Assembly: GCA_963773315.1 (NCBI GenBank)
Contig: CAVZAF010000002.1
Location: forward strand, 902,350 to 966,349
Reading direction: 5' to 3'
DNA: 64,000 nt
Source: an uncultured Acidimicrobiales bacterium
GTDB taxonomy: Bacteria > Actinomycetota > Acidimicrobiia > Acidimicrobiales > DATKAS01
In this document: in pieces, positions 19,743 through 28,090 of the stretch
Numbering within the stretch: the first letter of the stretch is position 1
Layout: every line of letters begins with the position of its first letter
Translations under genes and position numbers: made by a program
Notes under the pieces: generated by a model
The model's input: the letters and a program-made list of their open reading frames with translations, nothing else
The model's database searches: none
What the model was told of the DNA's origin: nothing

Positions 19743-20332
19743 TCGTCGGCCATCCTCTCGCCTGCCATCCACTCGTCCGTCGTCATCATGTCGACCCCGA
19801 TGAGGCCGAGCGGCGCGAGCGCGGCGCGTTGCAGCGTCTCGGGATCGACCACACCGCCATCGACGGCGGGCATGGGCGGAACGCCGACCGCGTCGTGGAG
19901 GATCGACGCGCCCATCCCCATGTGCAGCGCCTGGCGCGCCGTGGTGTCGCAGCACACGTTCGTCATGTAGCCCACGATCGTGACGTGGTTGATGTCGCGA
20001 TCGCGGAGCCACTGCTCGAGGTCGGTGCCCGTGAAGCTGCCGGGCAGCTGCTTGTCGATCAGGTGGTCGTGGGGACGCGAGGTGATCTCAGGACGGAGCT
20101 CTTGCGCGGGTGTGCCGGGCTGGAACGTCGAGCCACCGGGCTCGCCGACGTGGCGCACGACGACGACCGGTACACCGGTCGCGGTCGCGTGGTCCATCGC
20201 GGCACCGATGCGCTCGAGGCTGCCGTCGCGGGGCGGGTACCCGATCGGTAGGCGGCCGGAGAAGTACTCCTCTTGCACGTCGATCACAATCAGTGCGGTG
20301 TCGCGGAACGCGGCGTCGCGCGGCTCGGTCAT
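19739..20332 (-). CDS. Isochorismatase-family cysteine hydrolase
   Basis: 197-aa ORF containing ALIVIDVQEEYF, IDKQLPGSF and VTIVGYMTNVCCDTTARQA (catalytic Cys context). Confidence 0.85.
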   Translation of the reverse strand: MTEPRDAAFRDTALIVIDVQEEYFSGRLPIGYPPRDGSLERIGAAMDHATATGVPVVVVRHVGEPGGSTFQPGTPAQELRPEITSRPHDHLIDKQLPGSFTGTDLEQWLRDRDINHVTIVGYMTNVCCDTTARQALHMGMGASILHDAVGVPPMPAVDGGVVDPETLQRAALAPLGLIGVDMMTTDEWMAGERMADE

Positions 20333-20950
20333 GTGGCGAGACTAGACACCGTCCTCTTCTGCATCCGCCTGCTCGACGTTCCTAGGACGACGCTCGCCGC
20401 GACGAGCCACACCAGGAAGCCCTGGAAGACGACCTGCTGCTGGACGTCCGGGGAGAAGAATCCCCTGGCCGCGAACGACGCGGACGAGATGACCATGAGC
20501 GCGGCGAGCACCAGGCTCGCGACGCCGAACCGACGGTGCGCGGCGAACGCGGCAAGCCCTGCCGAGGCGACGAGCAGCGCGAGCGGGAGTGCGAGCACCG
20601 GCGTGGCGGCGAGCGTGATCTCGAACAGTGGCTTCGCCGCGTCGCTCGCTTCCGCCCCGACCACGTAGGCAAGCGCGACGTACGGGAGGACCAAAGCGGT
20701 GAGGATGACCGTTGCGACGACGGTCGCGGCACTCTGTGACACACGGTTGCCGAGCGAGGCGGCGAACACGACGGAGTGCCGCGACGGCGACTCCGAGGAG
20801 CACTGCAGCGGCGAGCACCGACGTGGAGTGGGCCACGAAGTAGGACGCGACCTGTCCGGTGGAGTCACGCGTGTCGGGGGTGTCGCCGAGCAACCCGAGA
20901 CCGACGAAGAGCGCGACGGCGGCGACGAGAGCAGACCATCGAGTGACCAT
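20329..20950 (-). CDS. Hypothetical integral membrane protein (one apparent frameshift near 20770)
   Basis: The N-terminus comes from ORF 20342-20950 (MVTRWSALVAAVALFVGLGLLGDTPD...). The remainder comes from ORF 20329-21045 (...VVATVILTALVLPYVALAYVVG...). It has several hydrophobic helices and an ATGA overlap with the downstream isochorismatase-like gene. Confidence 0.6.
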
Positions 20951-21104
20951 GAGCTCATCGTCCGCGCGCGACGGGGTCGCCGTCGTCGGTCCCGAGGTTG
21001 ACCGCGCGACTGTCGCGTCCGTCTCGAGTCGTACGCCCTGCGCACGCGCGCGCGGCTTCCATGAACCCGGGGTTACAGTCCGCCTCGAGCGATGCGCACG
21101 GGGG

Positions 21105-21356
21105 GTGGATGTCTTGGCGGTCGAGTCGTCGGGCCACAGTCAGGGAAACCCGCGCCTGTACGAGGTGATCGAGCACGCGCCCAAGACGGGGAAGAGCCCA
21201 ACGGTCTGGGCGTGGCCTCAGCTCATCGACTACCTCAAGGTGGCGGGCCAGCCGGTGCAAGGTCCGTGGCCTCCGCATCAACAGAAGCGACCCGATCCCG
21301 ACTACGAGTCCATGCCGGTCGCGGTGCCCGATCCCGCATCGACACCAGAGAGCTGA
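21105..21356 (+). CDS. Hypothetical small protein upstream of coxM (weak call)
   Basis: This is the C-terminal part of ORF 20859-21356, starting at GTG 21105: VDVLAVESSGHSQGNPRLYEVIEHAPKTGKSPTVWAWPQLIDYLK.... It ends 8 nt before coxM. I recognise no homology. Confidence 0.3.
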   Translation: MDVLAVESSGHSQGNPRLYEVIEHAPKTGKSPTVWAWPQLIDYLKVAGQPVQGPWPPHQQKRPDPDYESMPVAVPDPASTPES

Positions 21357-21363
21357 GCGCGCG

Positions 21364-22239
21364 GTGTACCCGTCCCGGTTCCGCTACGAAGCGCCGCGCA
21401 CGCTCGACGATGCGATCGGCTTGCTGCACGAGGGCGGCGGTGAGGCCAAGGTGCTGGCCGGCGGCCAGAGCCTGATCCCTCTCATGAAGCTGCGGTTCGC
21501 GTCCCCCGAGCTCCTCGTCGACATCAACGAGATCGCCGAGCTGGCCTACGCCCAAGTGGGTGCGGACGGCGCGATGCACGTCGGTGCGCTGTGCCGGCAC
21601 ACCCACCTCGAGCACGCGGGCGCCCTGCTGGCGAGCTACCCGACGATGGCTGCGGCGGCTCCGCTCATCGCCGATCCGATCGTGCGCAACCGCGGCACGC
21701 TGGTCGGGTCGTTGTGCCACGCCGACCCGCAGGGCGACTGGGCCTCGGTGGTCACCGCGCTCGGCGGCCACGTGATCGCCCGAGGCCCGAGCGGGCAGCG
21801 CTCCATCCCCATGACTGACCTCGTGAGCGGGCCGTTCCAGAACGTGCTCGCCTACGACGAGATCGCGATCGAGGCTGTGATCCCCGCGCCGAAAGACGAG
21901 CCCGCCGGCGGCTACCTCAAGCTCGAACGCCGTGTGGGCGACTTCGCAACCGCCGGTGTCGCGGTCGCACTCGAACGCAGCGGAGGGTCGATCACCCGTG
22001 CGGGCATCGCGCTCACTGGGGTCGGCTCGTCGACGATCGACGCAACCGACGCCGGGCAGGCGCTCGTCGGCTCGTCGCTCACGGCCGACCGCATCGCTCA
22101 GGCGGCAGACCTGGCCGCGCAAGCGGCACGACCTCGCACCGATCATCGCGGCAGCGCGGAGTTCAAGCGGCACATCGTGCACACGTTCGTGACCCGCATC
22201 CTGAGTCGGGTGGCCGAGTCGGCAGACAGGGCGGCCTGA
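21364..22239 (+). CDS. coxM: Aerobic CO dehydrogenase medium (FAD-binding) subunit
   Basis: 291-aa ORF containing FRYEAPRTLDDAIGLL and KVLAGGQSLIPLMKLR, the FAD-binding molybdopterin dehydrogenase pattern. It is followed by coxS and coxL. Confidence 0.9.
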   Translation: MYPSRFRYEAPRTLDDAIGLLHEGGGEAKVLAGGQSLIPLMKLRFASPELLVDINEIAELAYAQVGADGAMHVGALCRHTHLEHAGALLASYPTMAAAAPLIADPIVRNRGTLVGSLCHADPQGDWASVVTALGGHVIARGPSGQRSIPMTDLVSGPFQNVLAYDEIAIEAVIPAPKDEPAGGYLKLERRVGDFATAGVAVALERSGGSITRAGIALTGVGSSTIDATDAGQALVGSSLTADRIAQAADLAAQAARPRTDHRGSAEFKRHIVHTFVTRILSRVAESADRAA

Positions 22240-22240
22240 G

Positions 22241-22762
22241 ATGACGAGCCTCTTCGAAGAGATCAGCCCCGAGCCTGCCGGCGACATCCCGGTGCGGCGC
22301 GTCACGCTCACGCTGAACGGTGTGCGCCGCGCTGCGGAGATCGAACCCCGGCTGCTGCTCGCGCACCTCCTGCGCAACGGCTTCCGCCTCACCGGCACGC
22401 ACACCGGATGCGACACGACGAACTGTGGCGCGTGCACGGTGCTGTTCGACGGCGTGCCGGTGAAGAGCTGCACGATGCTCGCGGTGCAGGCCGACGGCCA
22501 CGACGTCACCACGGTCGAGGGTCTCGCGACCGCGAGTGAGCTCGACCCGATCCAAGAAGGGTTCAAGGACGCGCACGGCCTGCAATGCGGCTTCTGCACG
22601 CCCGGGATGATGCTGACCGCGAAGGCCCTCCTCGACGAGAACGCGAACCCGAGCGAGGACGAGGTGCGGTGGGCGCTGTCGGGAAACCTCTGCCGCTGCA
22701 CCGGGTACCAGAACATCGTGAAAGCCGTGCTGTGGGCCGCCGCGAAGCGGCGAGGAGAGTGA
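22241..22762 (+). CDS. coxS: Aerobic CO dehydrogenase small (2Fe-2S) subunit
   Basis: 173-aa ORF with two [2Fe-2S] cysteine clusters: GCDTTNCGACTV and CGFCTPGM...LCRCTGY. Confidence 0.9.
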   Translation: MTSLFEEISPEPAGDIPVRRVTLTLNGVRRAAEIEPRLLLAHLLRNGFRLTGTHTGCDTTNCGACTVLFDGVPVKSCTMLAVQADGHDVTTVEGLATASELDPIQEGFKDAHGLQCGFCTPGMMLTAKALLDENANPSEDEVRWALSGNLCRCTGYQNIVKAVLWAAAKRRGE

Positions 22763-22778
22763 CCGTGAGAGTGACGCG

Positions 22779-25163
22779 ATGACCGCGCTCGACGAGATCA
22801 AGATCGGCGGGCTCGGCTCGAGCCGCAAGCGAGTCGAGGACAACCGCTTCATCCGTGGCAAGGGCAACTACGTCGACGACGTGGTGCTGCCCGGGATGCT
22901 GCACATGGAGATCCTGCGCAGCCCCCTCGCGCATGCACGGATCCGCTCGATCGACACGAGCAAGGCGTGGGACACCCCCGGCGTCCGCCTCGTGCTGACC
23001 GGCGAGATGATGGCTGCCCGCAACCTCGCCTGGATGCCGACGCTGTCGTACGACACGCAGGCCGTGCTCGCCACCGACAAGGTGCGGTTCCAAGGGCAGG
23101 AGGTCGCGGCGGTGATCGCCGACGACCCCTACATCGCCAAGGACGCGTGCGAGGCGATCGTCGTCGACTACGAGCCGCTCCCCGCGATCGTGAACCCGAC
23201 GCAGGCGCTCGCGCCCGGCGCGCCCCTCATCCGTGACGACAAGGAGAACCAGCACGACAACGTCGTCTTCGACTGGGAGGTCGGCGACAAGAGCGGCACC
23301 GACCGCGCGTTCGAGCAGGCCGACGTCGTGTCGAAGCTCGACTTGCACTACCCGAGGTCGCATCCGTCGCCGCTCGAGTGCTGTGGTTCGATCGCCGACT
23401 TCAACCGGGCGACGTCGAAGCTGACCGTCTACATGACAACCCAAGCACCACACATCATCCGCGCGGCCGTTGCGCTCGTGGCCGAGCTGCCCGAGCACAT
23501 GATCCGCATCATCTCGCCCGACCTCGGCGGTGGCTTCGGCAACAAGGTGCCGGTGTACCCGGGCTACGTGGTGTCGATCCTGGCGTCGATCCTGCTCGAG
23601 CGGCCTGTGAAGTGGATCGAGGACCGAAGCGGGAACCTCATCTCGACCGGGTTCGCGCGTGACATCTACTTGCACGGTGAGATGGCGTTGCGGCGCGACG
23701 GCAAGATCCTCGGTGTCCGGATGCACACGATCTCCGACCACGGTGCGTTCTTCTCCGATGCGCAGCCGAGCAAGTTCAAGATCGGCCTCATGCACTCGGC
23801 GTTCGCGTGCTACGACATCCCCGCCGCGCATCTCACCGCGCGCGGCACCTACACGAACAAGGCGCCAGGCGGCGTCGCGTACCGGTGCTCGTTCCGCGTG
23901 ACCGAGGCGATGTTCTTCCAGGAACGGATGGTGCAGGCCGCGGCCGACGACCTGGGCATGGACCAGGCCGAGTTCCGCCGCGCGAACTTCGTGCGCGACG
24001 ACGACTTTCCACACCGCACCGCGTTCGGGTTCCTCACCGACTCGGGCCAGTACGGCAAGTGCCTCGACGTCGGCCTCGAGGCAGTCGGCTACCAAGACTT
24101 CCTGAAGCAGAAGGAAGAGGCCAAGGCGCGCGGGCGGTTGCTCGGTATCGGCATCTCGACGATGACCGAACCGCTCGGAGCGGGCAACAGCCGTGAGTAC
24201 GACATCCTCGGCATCAAGATGTTCGACTCGGCCGAGCTCAGGGTCCACATGACGGGGAAGGCTCTTCTGCGCACCGGAGCCAAGTCGCAGGGCCAGGGTC
24301 ACGAGACGACCTGGGCCCAGATCGTTGCGCACGAGCTGGGCATCCCGGCCGAGGACGTGGTCGTCGAGGAAGGCGACACCGACACCGCGCCCTTCGGCAT
24401 GGGCACTTATGCGTCGCGGTCGACGCCGGTCGCGGGTGCGGCCGTCGCGATGGTGTCGCGCAAGATCCGCGCGAAGGCGCGCAAGCTCGCCGCCCACCTC
24501 CTCGAGGTGTCCGAGGAAGACATCGACTGGGAGCTGGGCCGCTTCTACGTGCGCAGCGCGCCCGATCGGGGCGTGACGATCCAAGAGTGCGCGATGGCGG
24601 CGTACAGCAACATGCCCGACGGCATGGAGCCAGGGCTCGAGAACAACGCGTACTACGACCCGCCCAACCTCACGTGGCCGTTCGCCTGCTACATCGCGAC
24701 CGTCGAGGTCGATCCCGAGACCGGCGTGTGGGATGTGCTCCACGTCGTCGCGGTCGACGACTGCGGCGTGCGGATCAACCCGATGATCGTCGAGGGTCAG
24801 ATCATGGGTGGGCTCACCGAGGCCTACGCGATGGCGAGCATGCAATTCATCACGTTCGACGCGGACGGCAACTGCATCGGTGCGAACTTCATGGACTACC
24901 TCCTGCCGACTGCGTGGGAGACGCCCGGGTTCGAGCTACACGAGGTCGTCACGCCGTGCCCGCATCACCCCATCGGGGCGAAGGGCATCGGCGAGTGCGC
25001 GACAGTGGGTGGGCCCGCCGCGTTCGTCAACGCGGTGATGGACGCCATCAAGGACACCGGCGTGCGCAACATCGACATGCCGCTGCTCCCGGACCGCGTC
25101 TACGAGGCGCTGTCCGAGCGTCACGACGTGTCGGGTGCGCCCCCCGTCCGGTCGGACGACTGA
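22779..25163 (+). CDS. coxL: Aerobic CO dehydrogenase large (molybdopterin) subunit, form I
   Basis: 794-aa ORF. The active-site loop GGVAYRCSFRVTE matches the form I AYXCSFR signature. The coxM-coxS-coxL gene order is the form I arrangement. Confidence 0.9.
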   Translation: MTALDEIKIGGLGSSRKRVEDNRFIRGKGNYVDDVVLPGMLHMEILRSPLAHARIRSIDTSKAWDTPGVRLVLTGEMMAARNLAWMPTLSYDTQAVLATDKVRFQGQEVAAVIADDPYIAKDACEAIVVDYEPLPAIVNPTQALAPGAPLIRDDKENQHDNVVFDWEVGDKSGTDRAFEQADVVSKLDLHYPRSHPSPLECCGSIADFNRATSKLTVYMTTQAPHIIRAAVALVAELPEHMIRIISPDLGGGFGNKVPVYPGYVVSILASILLERPVKWIEDRSGNLISTGFARDIYLHGEMALRRDGKILGVRMHTISDHGAFFSDAQPSKFKIGLMHSAFACYDIPAAHLTARGTYTNKAPGGVAYRCSFRVTEAMFFQERMVQAAADDLGMDQAEFRRANFVRDDDFPHRTAFGFLTDSGQYGKCLDVGLEAVGYQDFLKQKEEAKARGRLLGIGISTMTEPLGAGNSREYDILGIKMFDSAELRVHMTGKALLRTGAKSQGQGHETTWAQIVAHELGIPAEDVVVEEGDTDTAPFGMGTYASRSTPVAGAAVAMVSRKIRAKARKLAAHLLEVSEEDIDWELGRFYVRSAPDRGVTIQECAMAAYSNMPDGMEPGLENNAYYDPPNLTWPFACYIATVEVDPETGVWDVLHVVAVDDCGVRINPMIVEGQIMGGLTEAYAMASMQFITFDADGNCIGANFMDYLLPTAWETPGFELHEVVTPCPHHPIGAKGIGECATVGGPAAFVNAVMDAIKDTGVRNIDMPLLPDRVYEALSERHDVSGAPPVRSDD

Positions 25164-25171
25164 GGAGCCGG

Positions 25172-26086
25172 ATGACCGACAGCTGGGAGGTCGTGGCGCG
25201 GGCCGCTGAGCTCGCTCAGCGCGGGGACGACTGCGCCCTCGCGACCGTTGTCTGGCGACAGGGCCCCTCGTCGGGGCAGCAAGGCTCGCGTGCGCTCGTC
25301 ACCGCCGATGGGCAGATCTTCGGTTGGATCGGCGGTGCGTGCGCGGAGCCGACCGTGATCCGAGAGGCGCAGCGCGCGATCGTCGACGGCGAGCCGCGCC
25401 TGCTGCTCCTCGGCGACCCCGCGCTGTTCGGACACGTGCCCGAGGGCATGGCCGTCATCCCCCTCACGTGCCAGAGCGACGGGGCACTCGAGGTCTACAT
25501 CGAGCCGGTGGTCTCGACGCCCCACCTCGTGGTCGTCGGTCGCTCGCCGATGTCGCACACGTTGCGCGACCTCGCCCAGGTGCTCGGGTGGAGGGCGGAG
25601 CTGGACGATGGTCCTGAGTTCTCTGGGACAGAGGTCGACGCCCGCGCGGTCGTGGTGGTCGCGACGCAGGGCCACGGCGATGAAGACGCGGTCGAGCACG
25701 CGGTGAACGGTTCGCCTGCCTACGTCGGCCTCGTGGCGTCGAAGAAGCGCGGCGAAGCGGTGCTCGAAGTCCTCGCCGAACGGGGAGTGCCGCAGCACCT
25801 GCTCGATCGAGTGCGGGTGCCCGTCGGCCTCGATCTCGGCCACACGACGCACAGCGAGATCGCGGTGTCGATCTTGGCCGAGCTCGTGCAGCTGCGGGCA
25901 TCAGGGGCGCTCGCCTCCGATCACGTCGACACTGCTCGGTCGTTGCCCGAGACCGCGGTCGACCCTGTGTGTGGCATGACCGTCACGATCTCGTCAGATG
26001 CGCTCTCGCTCGATCGTGAGGGAGTCACCTACTACTTCTGCTGCGAGGGCTGTCGCACGTCGTTCGCCAAGGAGGCGCGGTGCTGA
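25172..26086 (+). CDS. XdhC/CoxF/CoxI-family maturation protein fused to a C-terminal YHS/TRASH-type metal-binding domain
   Basis: Starts at ATG 25172 with a ggag RBS. XdhC-like features are LATVVWRQGPSSGQQGSRALV and a Rossmann part, HLVVVGRSPMSHTLRDLA. The C-terminus DPVCGMTVTISSDALSLDREGVTYYFCCEGCRTSF matches the YHS pattern. Confidence 0.8.
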   Translation: MTDSWEVVARAAELAQRGDDCALATVVWRQGPSSGQQGSRALVTADGQIFGWIGGACAEPTVIREAQRAIVDGEPRLLLLGDPALFGHVPEGMAVIPLTCQSDGALEVYIEPVVSTPHLVVVGRSPMSHTLRDLAQVLGWRAELDDGPEFSGTEVDARAVVVVATQGHGDEDAVEHAVNGSPAYVGLVASKKRGEAVLEVLAERGVPQHLLDRVRVPVGLDLGHTTHSEIAVSILAELVQLRASGALASDHVDTARSLPETAVDPVCGMTVTISSDALSLDREGVTYYFCCEGCRTSFAKEARC

Positions 26087-26662
26087 TCAAGACCGACTTC
26101 GACGTGGCGCAGCCCGTCGACAAGGTGTGGCACTTCTTCGACGACATCCCGCAGGTCGCGGCGTGCCTGCCCGGCGCTGAGCTCACCGAAGACCTGGGCA
26201 ACGACAAGTACAAGGGCAAGGTCGCGGTGCGGATGGGGCCGGTGAAGCTCCAGTTCGCAGGCACCGCCGAGATCAAGGAACGTGACGACGCCGGCAAGCG
26301 CATCGTCGTCGACGCGGCCGGGGCGGACGAGAAGGGCCGCGGGCAGGCCGCGATGCTTCTCACCGCGCGGCTCACACAGGTCGCCGGCGGTACGAAGGTC
26401 TCGGTCGACCAGGATCTGCAGCTCCAGGGTGCTGCCGCGCAATACGGCCGCGGGATGATCACCGATGTGTCGACCGTGCTGATGCGCGACTTCGCCGCGA
26501 ACATGCAACGTCGCAATCGCGGCGATCGAGCGAGGCGAGTCCGTCGAGACAAAGAGCGCCGAGGCCGCAGGTGGTGTCGGCATCGGTCTGCGTGCGCTGG
26601 TCATGGCGCTGAGCCGTCTTTTCCGGCGTCTGTTCCTGCCCTATCGACCCGCAGCGAGCTGA
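26080..26662 (+). CDS. coxG: CoxG (SRPBCC-fold CO dehydrogenase subunit G); one apparent frameshift near 26509-26520
   Basis: The N-terminus reads MLIKTDFDVAQPVDKVWHFFDDIPQVAACLPGAEL...KYKGKVAVRMGPVKLQF. After ...FAANMQRR the CoxG-like tail (IAAIERGESVETKSAEAAGGVGIGLRALVMALSRLFRRLFLPYRPAAS*) is in another frame and stops at 26660-26662. Confidence 0.85.
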
Positions 26663-26673
26663 GGAGACATCTG

Positions 26674-26931
26674 ATGATGGTGCTGTGGTGGATCGGGAAC
26701 ATCGTGCTGCTGCTCGTCGTGGTGCCGGTGCTCCTCGGCTTGCTCAACCGAGTGCTCGCCGCCCTTGAACGCATCCGAGGCGCGTCTGACTCGATCCTCG
26801 GTCACGGCGTGGGGCTCATCGGCAATGTCGACCAAGCGCCCGCGCTGCTCGCCGAGACCGACGAGACGATCAAAGAAGTCCAGGTCGGCGCAGTGCGCTA
26901 CGCCGGCTCCGTCGCCAAGCTGCTGCCGTAA
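26674..26931 (+). CDS. Small single-pass membrane protein, paralog 1 of 5 (85 aa)
   Basis: ATG follows a gaggag RBS 12 nt after the coxG stop. An N-terminal TM helix (WWIGNIVLLLVVVPVLLGLL) is followed by a ~55-aa helical segment. Confidence 0.7.
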   Translation: MMVLWWIGNIVLLLVVVPVLLGLLNRVLAALERIRGASDSILGHGVGLIGNVDQAPALLAETDETIKEVQVGAVRYAGSVAKLLP

Positions 26932-26942
26932 GGGGGAACGAC

Positions 26943-27170
26943 ATGCCCATCGCTGCCTGGGTCACCATCGTGCTCATCGGCTTGATCGTCGCCGCTGCCG
27001 CGCTCGGCCTCGTACGAGTGATCGGCCATCTCGTTGCCGTGCACCGCACGCTCGCCGCGCTGCTCGGCGGTGTGCGGGTCGTCGCCGACAAGACGAGACC
27101 CGTGCCTGCCGCGCTCGAGTCGGTGAACGCGAACTTGAAGCCGGTCCGCGACTTCTGCGAGTCGATCTGA
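26943..27170 (+). CDS. Small single-pass membrane protein, paralog 2 of 5 (75 aa)
   Basis: An aaggggga RBS precedes the start. The TM helix is AAWVTIVLIGLIVAAAALGLV. The tail DKTRPVPAALESVNANLKPV resembles NVDQAPALLAETDETIKEV in paralog 1. Confidence 0.7.
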   Translation: MPIAAWVTIVLIGLIVAAAALGLVRVIGHLVAVHRTLAALLGGVRVVADKTRPVPAALESVNANLKPVRDFCESI

Positions 27171-27171
27171 C

Positions 27172-27432
27172 ATGCACGTGCTCGCGCAGGACACTGCCGG
27201 TTGGCAAGCCGGGTACACGATCGGGGTCATCGTCGTGATCGCCGTCGTCGCACTGGTCGTGCCGATCCTCGTGCTCGCCCACCTCATCGGCAAGCAGGCG
27301 AAGGACATCAACGACAGCCTTGCGGAGTCGGTCACGAACACGGCCGCGCTCGCGGGGCTGCACACGACGATCGAGTCGGCCGAGGCCATCACCGCCGGGC
27401 TCCGGCGCGGACGCATCAAGCTGGGGGGCTGA
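27172..27432 (+). CDS. Small single-pass membrane protein, paralog 3 of 5 (86 aa)
   Basis: Starts 1 nt after the paralog 2 stop. The TM helix is YTIGVIVVIAVVALVVPILVLA. The tail INDSLAESVTNTAALAGLHTTIESAEAITAGL resembles that of paralog 4. Confidence 0.7.
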   Translation: MHVLAQDTAGWQAGYTIGVIVVIAVVALVVPILVLAHLIGKQAKDINDSLAESVTNTAALAGLHTTIESAEAITAGLRRGRIKLGG

Positions 27433-27434
27433 CC

Positions 27435-27722
27435 ATGCTCTTTGCGCTGTCCGACACGACCAAGAACTGGTGGTGGGGAGCACTCGCCGCGGGGGCGGTC
27501 GTGCTGCTCGCGGTCGTCGCGTTGCTCACGATCCTCGTGCTGCTCGTCAACACGATCGACAAGCGCACGATCCAGATCCGCGACACGCTCAAGCAAGCCG
27601 CCGACAACACGGCCGACACGGCGCTCATCGGTGAGACGGCCAAGCAGGTCGAAGCGGTGCTCGCCGAGGGCCTCGAGCACCATCTGTTCCTCGGCCGAGT
27701 GCTCGACAAGGTGCGGTCATGA
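27435..27722 (+). CDS. Small single-pass membrane protein, paralog 4 of 5 (95 aa)
   Basis: ATG 27435 lies 2 nt after the paralog 3 stop. The TM helix is WWWGALAAGAVVLLAVVALLTILVLLV. The tail is IRDTLKQAADNTADTALIGETAKQVEAVLAEGL. Confidence 0.7.
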   Translation: MLFALSDTTKNWWWGALAAGAVVLLAVVALLTILVLLVNTIDKRTIQIRDTLKQAADNTADTALIGETAKQVEAVLAEGLEHHLFLGRVLDKVRS

Positions 27723-28081
27723 CGACGTTGGTGGTGCTCACCGTCGTCGAGCTCGTGTTGCTCGTCGCGGGCCTCGCCGCGTACCTCTGGATCGTCGGAG
27801 GCCAGCTCACCACGGTCGCGGGCACCCTCGAGGAGTGCGACGAGCTCGTCGCGACGATCGAGCGGAACGCCGCCGTGATCACGCCCGGCGTCGAGCACAT
27901 CAACCGCACCGGGGCTGTCATCGCTGGCGCGCTGCCGTTGCTGTACGGCATGGCCGAGGGCATCGTTGCCGGCGCGACCTACCAGGCGCCGGCGCCCGAC
28001 GCCGAGCGTCCCCCGGCCACGCCGGCCGCAGGCACCCGCCGCTCGCGCTTCCACGAAGCGGTCGGCTACTCACCCCGCTGA
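27719..28081 (+). CDS. Small single-pass membrane protein, paralog 5 of 5 (120 aa, Pro/Ala-rich C-terminus)
   Basis: ATGA overlap with paralog 4. The TM helix is LVVLTVVELVLLVAGLAAYLWIV. A helical segment (TLEECDELVATIERNAAVITPGVEHINRTGAVI) is followed by a disordered tail. Confidence 0.7.
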   Translation: MTTLVVLTVVELVLLVAGLAAYLWIVGGQLTTVAGTLEECDELVATIERNAAVITPGVEHINRTGAVIAGALPLLYGMAEGIVAGATYQAPAPDAERPPATPAAGTRRSRFHEAVGYSPR

Positions 28082-28090
28082 CCCCACCGA

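Noticed and set aside
20951-21363. Long 5' extension of ORF 20859-21356 (MESRVSGVSPSNPRP...) as a real 165-aa protein
   Set aside because: The first ~80 codons overlap the divergent membrane protein gene and are Ser/Arg/Ala-rich. Only the distal part from GTG 21105 looks protein-like, and even that is kept as a low-confidence call.
22563-24845. 760-aa minus-strand ORF opposite coxL. Similar long antisense ORFs lie at 16759-18396 (opposite the acyl-CoA ligase), 36271-38352 (opposite argS), 57120-59009 (opposite ilvB), 55152-56399 (opposite ilvD) and 5082-6722 (off frame in the Liv permease).
   Set aside because: All are low-complexity Arg/Asp/His/Gly-rich translations with no recognisable motifs, and each lies opposite or out of frame to a gene with strong family signatures. 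One exception: the last ~110 codons of 36271-38352 encode the N-terminal part of the alpha/beta hydrolase.
24587-25171. N-terminal 195 codons of ORF 24587-26086
   Set aside because: This stretch is out of frame with and overlaps the coxL 3' end, and it looks like junk (Arg-rich). The XdhC-YHS gene starts at ATG 25172, which has its own RBS right after the coxL stop.
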